A stretch of DNA of 17,007 bases, the filler included, from an uncultured virus (IMG/VR IMGVR_UViG_2061766007_001531) (taxonomy: Duplodnaviria; Heunggongvirae; Uroviricota; Caudoviricetes). It is 7 parts of one record of this genome, joined end to end, with 100 filler letters (N's around TTAATTAATTAA, not from the genome) between each part and the next. Parts side by side here need not be neighbours in the genome. Positions count along the whole stretch, not along the records: positions 4,212 to 11,780 come from IMGVR_UViG_2061766007_001531; positions 11,881 to 13,738 come from IMGVR_UViG_2061766007_001531; positions 13,839 to 14,843 come from IMGVR_UViG_2061766007_001531; positions 14,944 to 17,007 come from IMGVR_UViG_2061766007_001531; 3 more parts are not named here. The stretch is one strand, 5' to 3'. Shown piece after piece: positions 10,919-17,007 of the stretch. Each line of letters begins with the position of its first letter. Position 1 is the stretch's first letter. The notes below the pieces were generated by a model that was not told the DNA's origin, searched no databases, and saw only the letters and a list, made by a program, of their open reading frames with translations. The position numbers and the translations under genes are program-made.

Positions 10919-11780
10919 ATACATATATTGGTAAAGTATAGATTGGAACTTATGATGCTGATCGTGCGGCGATTGGTTCTACATTGTATGGTATTTGTGC
11001 TACCCCCCATAATACTACAGCAAAAATAGTTATTTTACCAGAATTTGATACACTTACACATGGTGTAACAGTATTTGTTAGATTTATTGATGGAAATACA
11101 GTAACAAGTGGTGTAACACTTACTATTGGAAGTACCATAGCTTGTGCTGTTTAGGGTAACTGTGTCTGTACTGCTAACTCAGTTCTTTGTTTTACTTTAG
11201 ATCAGGCCTCTGGTATAACTTCGGATAAGCCAGCAATACATAATATTGAGGGTAATAATCCATATTATTGGAGAGTGGTTAATTCTATAGATATAACTAC
11301 AAGCACTAGTTCTGGAAGTACAGCGATAAATGTTAACGGTTTAAGTTTTACTGGTTTCGCGCCCATTAATAATCCTGTCTTTCTTGGAGAAGTAATTCTA
11401 CCAGGGATGACCTCTAGTGCGAGCGCAAATGTTGCTGTTACTAAAGAATATGTGGATAATCTTGTCAGTAGTGGAATTGGCGGGATAGGCGCGATGGCAT
11501 TTAAAGGTACAATTGGCACTAATGGTACTATACAAACAATACCCACAAGTGGTTATCTCGCGGGTGAAACATATTATGTTATTACTGCAGGTACATATGC
11601 TGGATAGGTATGTGAAATANNNNNNNNNNNNNNNNNNNNNNNNNNNNNNNACCTGAAACTGCAGGAGATGTAATAAATGCAGATTGGGCTGTAGCACAAA
11701 CAAATATTAATGGTGCAGTAATAACATCTGAAAATTAGAATACTGGAAAAATTGCATTCTTTGATGGTAATAATAGCATT
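10915..11780 (+). CDS. Tail fibre protein, N-terminal part
   Basis: RBS AGGAGG, ATG 10915: MNTYIGKV(Q)IG...LYGICATP..TTAKIV...GVTVFVRF..GNT, then TKEYVD, AMAFKGTIG, YYVITAGTYAG(Q)VCE and DWAVAQTNINGAV. Confidence 0.8.
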
Positions 11781-11881
11781 NNNNNNNNNNNNNNNNNNNN
11801 NNNNNNNNNNNNNNNNNNNNNNNNTTAATTAATTAANNNNNNNNNNNNNNNNNNNNNNNNNNNNNNNNNNNNNNNNNNNNT

Positions 11882-13186
11882 TATGAAGAAAGTTTTGAAG
11901 TTCCATATATTAAGATTGATGAAGCTGGGCACGTTATTGACATTTCTTCATCGACTATTACTCTTCCGTCAGAAACTTTATTAGTACAAACCTCATCAAA
12001 TAATGATGAATATCCTATTTTAGCCGCAACTGGTTTTAATAATAGTGAATCATCAGTTTATGGAATAATACCAAGCACATCGGAAATCAGACCGACTATC
12101 AGTATGAATACTGGAGAAATAAATGGTAATTTAAATGGCCGCGCAAAAACTGCGCTCACTTCTTTTACTTCTGGAACTATATATGGCGTAGTGTATCATG
12201 AAAATGATAATACATACAATCTTGATACTGTTTTTGCGTCCACTAGCGCCGGATTAGAAGGATAGGTTTTTATAGCACATGGTAATGGTGAAGGCGTAAC
12301 CGACGGCCCTCCAAATTGGTACACTGGGTTAACATTAAGCGGGACAACATCTTTAGAATATTTTGCATCTTTTAAAAACACTGTAGAAGTCAAAAATGAA
12401 TTATATGTATCATCTAGTTCTATGTTAGCATATGATGATGAAGTATTGGGTACATATGTTAGTCCTGGAGTTATATCAGTTACTACTTCTAGTAGTCTTC
12501 CAAATAATCAAGGATATTATCTCATTGGTAATGGCGAACAGTATGGTAGATTTTATATTGATGCACTAGGATCTGCTAGCATTGGAGACGGTGTAAATCC
12601 ATGCGGTGTCGCTTATTTATCTATAGGTAATAATATTGCAAATTCTGGAAATAATGGATCCAATACAAATAATGCTTATGGTATATTAAGGCTTTATAGT
12701 ATAGAAAGTCATTATACAGATATTGAAGCATAGAGTACGAGTATAGATGCTACATTTCATCTACCATTATATGGTGGTGATTTATATGCTATACATGCTG
12801 AAAGTAATAATCAAGTAGGTGATTAGTATTAGGGAGTTTATATCGCAAAAAATGGACGCGTAACATTGGCACATCCAACACAGCGTATTGACTGGATGAT
12901 AAGTGAAGGAAATCATACTGTAAAATTATCAATAGCAAGAGATGCCGCGACATACGATCAAGAACTTGATATTGTTAATTTAGTTGTTACTAGTGGCTTC
13001 TCTTCATTAAATGCTCCATTATATTGGAGTACATCTACTAGTAGCGCAACAAATAATAATATTACTACCTACACTACTACTATTACTATTATGTCATCAC
13101 ACGATAATAGTACTGGAGTNNNNNNNNNNNNNNNNNNNNNNNNNNNNNNNNNCGAAGACATTGAAGAATTACCATTAAATACTTGA
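11882..13186 (+). CDS. Tail fibre protein, C-terminal part (possibly the same gene as 10915-11780)
   Basis: Frame 2 is open apart from TAGs: FEVPYIKIDEAGHV..TITLP, YPILAA, GNLNGRAKTA, LSIGNN...NAYGILRLY. Ends at TGA 13186 (frame across the last gap is uncertain). Confidence 0.7.
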
Positions 13187-13211
13187 CTTTTTCTAATTTC
13201 TATGATATAAT
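13183..13211 (+). promoter_or_regulatory. Consensus sigma70/sigmaA promoter with extended -10
   Basis: TTGACT (13183-13188), 17-nt spacer, TGA-TATAAT (13206-13211). Flanks match the promoter at 4579. Confidence 0.85.
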
Positions 13212-13278
13212 ATATGTAGAAGATAGGTAAGGAACTATCTTCAATACAAATATTTCATTACATAAGGAGGTAATGATT

Positions 13279-13623
13279 ATGGCTATTAAGGTATATAGCG
13301 ATCGAACTAAGCAATTCTATAATACAGTAGAAGAGGCAAATCATGCTGAGTTCGAGCTAAAAGAAAAGGAGAACCTGGAGAAGATTCGTAAAGAGCGCGA
13401 AGAACGCGAGAGAAAAGAGAAGAAGGAAAAAGCACTTGCTGAGCGTAAGGTCGCCGCTGAAAAAGTGGAATCCGCGCGTAAAGCATTTAACGAAGCAAGA
13501 AAAGCATATCATGCGGAACTTGAGGCGTTTTGTAAGCAATACGGCACCTACCATTATACAACTGATGGTAAGGATGATGTTCCTTCATTATTCGATCTAT
13601 TCGATAATCTTTTCAAGTTCTAA
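13279..13623 (+). CDS. Hypothetical Lys/Glu-rich coiled-coil phage protein, no TAG codons
   Basis: RBS AAGGAGGT lies 7 nt upstream of ATG 13279 (alternative ATG 13273). MAIKVYSDRTKQFY...LFDNLFKF-TAA. Confidence 0.85.
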   Translation: MAIKVYSDRTKQFYNTVEEANHAEFELKEKENLEKIRKEREERERKEKKEKALAERKVAAEKVESARKAFNEARKAYHAELEAFCKQYGTYHYTTDGKDDVPSLFDLFDNLFKF

Positions 13624-13652
13624 GGCTTATGGCTGAGCCTATCAGCCTTTAT

Positions 13653-13738
13653 AGGGGCGTGGTGTAATGGCAACACACGACACTCTAAATGTCGGGCTTC
13701 TGAGGCGAAAGATTAGGGTTCGAATCCCTACGCCCCCG
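13653..13738 (+). tRNA. Amber suppressor tRNA, anticodon CTA
   Basis: Acceptor AGGGGCG/CGCCCCC, D arm GTGT/ACAC, anticodon arm CGACA-CTCTAAA-TGTCG (CTA at 13685-13687), 19-nt variable region, T arm TAGGG-TTCGAAT-CCCTA, discriminator G. Confidence 0.92.
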
Positions 13739-13838
13739 NNNNNNNNNNNNNNNNNNNNNNNNNNNNNNNNNNNNNNNNNNNNTTAATTAATTAANNNNNN
13801 NNNNNNNNNNNNNNNNNNNNNNNNNNNNNNNNNNNNNN

Positions 13839-13910
13839 GATGCGCAAAAAGGTGCCGACTAGGTCGCGGAATAGGTTTCATCGGCTTTAATCGCTGCGTT
13901 AAGGCAATAA
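13839..13910 (+). CDS. C-terminal fragment of small hypothetical protein (2 TAG)
   Basis: DAQKGAD(Q)VAE(Q)VSSALIAALRQ-TAA reads as a plausible amphipathic helix. Confidence 0.45.
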
Positions 13911-14080
13911 AAGCGTACATTGCAATGGGGTTTATGGTTATCCCCTCTAACGGAGAAAAACTAATAGCCCGAAAACCGTAGGGAGGAATGGGATTCCTCG
14001 TCGGTGAGGCCATCCGGAGTAGACAGTTCGATTCTGTATGCGGCATACCTACAAGAAGGTAGGAGTAGGGCATTTTATGT

Positions 14081-14151
14081 GTGGCTATAGTATAGCAGTA
14101 ATACGGCACCCCGCCACGGTGCAATCACGGGCGCAAATCCCGTTAGCCACT
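14081..14151 (+). tRNA. tRNA-Gly(GCC), atypical loops
   Basis: Acceptor GTGGCTA/TAGCCAC, D stem GTAT/ATAC, anticodon arm GCACC-CCGCCAC-GGTGC, T arm ACGGG-CGCAAAT-CCCGT, discriminator U73. Confidence 0.8.
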
Positions 14152-14155
14152 CTTA

Positions 14156-14280
14156 TAGACACATACAGCAAACCTTTTCTAATGATGATTGAGGATCCGC
14201 GTGTTGCAAGTTCGAATCTTGCTCGGCGCCTAGCGTCGGTAGCTTAATTGGTAGAGCAGCAGACTATGTAGATGTGTCTA
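14156..14280 (+). ncRNA. Circularly permuted tRNA-like RNA (Phe-like body) enclosed by a 9-bp inverted repeat
   Basis: The 3' half (TCCGC-GTGTT-GCAAG TTCGAAT CTTGC-TCGGCGC, 14196-14229) precedes the 5' half (GCGTCGG-TA-GCTT AATTGGTA GAGC-A-GCAGA-CT, 14233-14265). Flanks are TAGACACAT and ATGTGTCTA. Confidence 0.75.
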
Positions 14281-14285
14281 GTTTT

Positions 14286-14360
14286 GGTCTTGTAGCATAG
14301 CTGGTTTAATGCGCCTGCCTGTCACGCAGGAGATCACGGGTTCAAGTCCCGTCAGGATCG
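14286..14360 (+). tRNA. tRNA-Asp(GTC)
   Basis: GGTCTTG/CAGGATC acceptor, CCTGC-CTGTCAC-GCAGG anticodon arm, ACGGG-TTCAAGT-CCCGT T arm, G73. Confidence 0.95.
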
Positions 14361-14573
14361 CTTCCGCCTGATCAGCGGTGCCCGACAACTGGGCGTGATT
14401 ACAAGAAGTTGTAGCCGGTAGCGCAGGGTTGATCTGCGTAGAGGGACAATTCTAAGCCTTGTGGGTGTAGGTTCGACCCCTACCGCGTAAGCGAACATAG
14501 GATAACCAAAGGAAGAACGGCATAGCTAACCTTACCTCGGTTAACTTGGTAGCTACAAGTTAACCTTTAATAT

Positions 14574-14634
14574 AGCAGCTAGGACAAACGGTTAAGTCAC
14601 GGCGCTCATAACGCTTGAGGAATGGGTCCAACTC
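14574..14634 (+). tRNA. tRNA with CAT anticodon (Met/fMet/Ile2), 3' end lost in gap
   Basis: D arm GAC-AAACGGTTAA-GTC, anticodon arm GGCG-CTCATAA-CGCT, start of T arm ATGGG-TCCAACT-C. Confidence 0.75.
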
Positions 14635-14714
14635 NNNNNNNNNNNNNNNNNNNNNNNNNNNNNNNNNNNNNNNNNNNNNNNNNGTACCGCTCTTTGGTGT
14701 ATTAAGGAGGAAAA

Positions 14715-14843
14715 ATGAGAGCAGCAGTTTATTGCGGGACAAGGAACGTATATGAAGATATGATTCCATCCATGAAGTCACTTTTAATTCATTCTAATGT
14801 GGAGAAAGTATATTTCTTAATTGAGGATGATGAGTTTCCATAT
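14715..14843 (+). CDS. Glycosyltransferase family 8-like protein, N-terminus
   Basis: RBS AAGGAGG, ATG 14715: MRAAVYCGTRNVYEDMIPSMKSLLIHSNVEKVYFLIEDD matches the GT8 start pattern (Y....S.KSLL..N). Confidence 0.75.
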
Positions 14844-14945
14844 NNNNNNNNNNNNNNNNNNNNNNNNNNNNNNNNNNNNNNNNNNNNTTAATTAATTAAN
14901 NNNNNNNNNNNNNNNNNNNNNNNNNNNNNNNNNNNNNNNNNNNTA

Positions 14946-15291
14946 TATAAAAAGCAAACTCGCGCGCTTTCCCTTGTAACAATTCATGCGGTTAATATTT
15001 GCCGTAAAAACAATATTGATGCAAGTTTGGAAATAAATCAAATTGCTATAGCTTTATACTATTGGTTTATACGTGCAGTAGTAGAACGACCAGAATTCAT
15101 ACAGGAATCGTGGTCGGGTGCAAAAATCTTTTATGATTATTTTGCTTCAGACATCCAATCGCGCAATATCACAGTCGGAAACTCGTTAGTAAAAGAGTGT
15201 ATTAAGTTTAGAAATCAAGTTAAATTTCCTATTAATATACTTAGATTTACAGTTGAAATTTTGAAAAATGAAAAAGTTCCATCTTACTATT
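14946..15291 (+). CDS. C-terminal helical domain of a glycosyltransferase paralogue
   Basis: Open frame. HAVNICRKNN and PINILRF match HIVNICRENN and RVNINRF in the C-terminus of the downstream GT gene. Confidence 0.65.
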
Positions 15292-15301
15292 NNNNNNNNN
15301 N

Positions 15302-16762
15302 ATAAATGTAAGTAATTAGAAATGGTTTGATGAATCCTGTATTAATATGAAAAATAGATGTAGTTATATGGTGTTACTACGAGTAGTATTCTGTTAGATT
15401 TTCCCGCATTTAGATCGCATTCTTACTATAGATAACGATACCATTGTGCGTGAAAACATATCCGAATTATGGACTATGAATATGGATGATTATTATATTG
15501 CAGGATGTACTGAACCATACAAAACTACACCCAATTTTACATATATAAATATGGGCGTGGCAATGATTAATTTAAAGAAATGGCGAGAAGATAAGTTAGA
15601 TGAGCGTTTAGTACAAGATTTAAAAACATATTATTTTGAAGAGACAGAACAAACTGCAATTAATATGGCATGTCAAGGTCATATTCTTGTATTAAATAGT
15701 ATGTATAATAGAAATAATTATACGGATCTAAAGCCAGGTAAAGAGAAGATTGTTCATTACGCGGCTGTAAAAGGGTGGCNNNNNNNNNNNNNNNNNNNNN
15801 NNCGTAATAAACCAGATAACTATTCTTTAGATATTATTATTCCACATTACAATAATATTGCAGGTTTACGAGATACTCTAACTTCTATAAATTATGGACT
15901 AGCAGATATTACCGTTGTTGATGATTGCTCGTCTAAAAAAGAAGGATTTGAATAGCTTAAACAAGATTTTCCAAAAGTAACCTTTCTTGAATTAGATCAT
16001 AATTCTGGTCCCGGCGCGGCCCGTCAAATGGGCATTAATTCAACTAAGAATCCATATTTCATGTTTATTGATGCGGGAGATTGCGTTGCATCACGCGCTT
16101 CATTAGTAAACGCAATAAAATCTATCGCTTCTCATAGTCAAGCANNNNNNNNNNNNNNNNNNNNNNNNNNNNNNNNNNNNNNNNNNNNNNNNNNNNNNNN
16201 NNNNNNNNNNNNNNNNNNNNNNNTATATCATCTTCGCTTTAATACTACACCAGAATGTTCTTATTCAAATGAAGATCGCGGATTTTTAGCACCATGCAAA
16301 CTTATATTAGACTATATTTCTACCTATGATAAAAATAAACGCCTGTGTTTTAACAGTAATGTCTTATATAAACGCATTTTAGATCCAAATTCAANNNNNN
16401 NNNNNNNNNCCTTTTACTATTATAAGCATATTCCTGGCTTAGTTCATAATGCAGAACATATAGTTAATATATGTAGAGAAAATAATCTACATTGGGGAAT
16501 TCCCGCACGATTAATTACATTTTATTTAGTTTATTTATATGAATCATATCTTTTATGCGCGAAAAAACATCCAGAAAATTTAGAAGATAATTTATCGCAA
16601 TTAAAATATTTTTATCACCATGTATATAAACAATTTGAACGAGTTAATCAAAAAATGCTTGATGTATATTATCAATATCATATGCCCGCATTAATTAAAC
16701 AAACAAGTGAACTAATGCCACGAGTAAACATAAATCGTTTTATAGGAGAAATAAAAGCATGA
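15302..16762 (+). CDS. GT8-GT2 fusion glycosyltransferase (start in gap; TAG read-through)
   Basis: GT8 motifs: DRILTIDNDTIV (DxD), YINMGVAMINLKKWR, EQTAIN, IVHYAA. GT2 motifs: LDIIIPHYNN, ITVVDDCS, NSGPGAARQMG, YFMFIDAGD, NED. TAG at 15317, 15395 and 15953. Ends with TGA. Confidence 0.88.
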
Positions 16763-17007
16763 TTGACTTAATTATTCCCTACTATAAAAATAAGATCGGA
16801 CTAAAAAATACATTAGATTCAATAGATTTTAATATATTTGAAGTCACGGTCATAGATGATGCCTCTGAAGAAGAATATGACTTAGATTATCCCGTTAACT
16901 ATATAATGAATGATGTTAATAGCGGCCCTGGAAATGTTAGACAAATGGGTTTTAATCTAACTTCAAATAAATATGTCATGTTTATAGATACAGGAGATAT
17001 ATTTGTA
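16759..17007 (+). CDS. Glycosyltransferase family 2, N-terminus (runs off the window)
   Basis: ATGA overlap with the previous gene. MIDLIIPYYKN...VTVIDDAS...NSGPGNVRQMG...YVMFIDTGD. Confidence 0.88.
   Translation, partial: MIDLIIPYYKNKIGLKNTLDSIDFNIFEVTVIDDASEEEYDLDYPVNYIMNDVNSGPGNVRQMGFNLTSNKYVMFIDTGDIFV

Noticed and set aside
37..13186. Decayed prophage with many nonsense pseudogenes
   Set aside because: The interruptions are exclusively TAG, with no frameshifts outside gaps. RBSs and gene junctions are intact and a CTA tRNA is present, so recoding explains the pattern better.
13653..13738. Pyrrolysine or selenocysteine system
   Set aside because: tRNA-Pyl has a very short variable loop and a 6-bp anticodon stem, unlike this tRNA. 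No pyl genes are visible, TAG contexts fit Gln, and TGA serves as a true stop.
13839..14063. tmRNA or HDV-like (theta) ribozyme
   Set aside because: There is no tmRNA acceptor end (CTCCACCA-like) or convincing tag frame. The TCCTCG resembles an HDV L3 loop, but I could not build the nested double pseudoknot. Kept only as an unassigned structured RNA.
14038..14247. 69-aa + strand ORF
   Set aside because: It overlaps tRNA-Gly and the permuted tRNA-like element and has no RBS or protein-like features.
51..14781. Minus-strand ORFs in the track (e.g. 51-263, 2039-2350, 9682-9942, 11265-11546, 13357-13554, 13783-14124, 14560-14781)
   Set aside because: They are shadows of + strand genes or tRNAs, lack RBSs and show no recognisable motifs.
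712..14899. Six copies of TTAATTAATTAA as a biological repeat or CRISPR-like array
   Set aside because: Each copy is centred in a 100-nt N block and encodes stops in all frames, so it is an assembly linker. Contiguity and order across these joins are not guaranteed.

Overview
AT-rich, gappy segment of a tailed phage genome, probably infecting a Firmicutes gut bacterium (strong AGGAGG ribosome-binding sites, sigmaA-type promoters). About 3 kb is N, and six artificial 100-nt scaffold joins carry a TTAATTAATTAA linker. All genes are on the + strand. The phage appears to use an alternative genetic code in which TAG is read as Gln (code 15): the fragmented ORFs in the supplied track join into full genes through in-frame TAGs, and real ends are TAA or TGA. 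Positions 1-13186 hold a virion tail/adhesin module (LRR protein, tail fibres, two Mtd-N-like proteins, an intramolecular-chaperone-like C-terminus) with a small sRNA plus three-gene cassette inserted. A consensus promoter at 13183 drives a TAG-free gene and an amber suppressor tRNA(CUA) with an unusually long variable arm. A tRNA cluster follows (atypical Gly-GCC, Asp-GTC, partial CAT), then GT8/GT2 glycosyltransferases. The most novel element is a clean circularly permuted tRNA (3' half before 5' half) inside an inverted repeat at 14156-14280, with two weaker look-alikes nearby. Family assignments come from motif recognition, not database searches.
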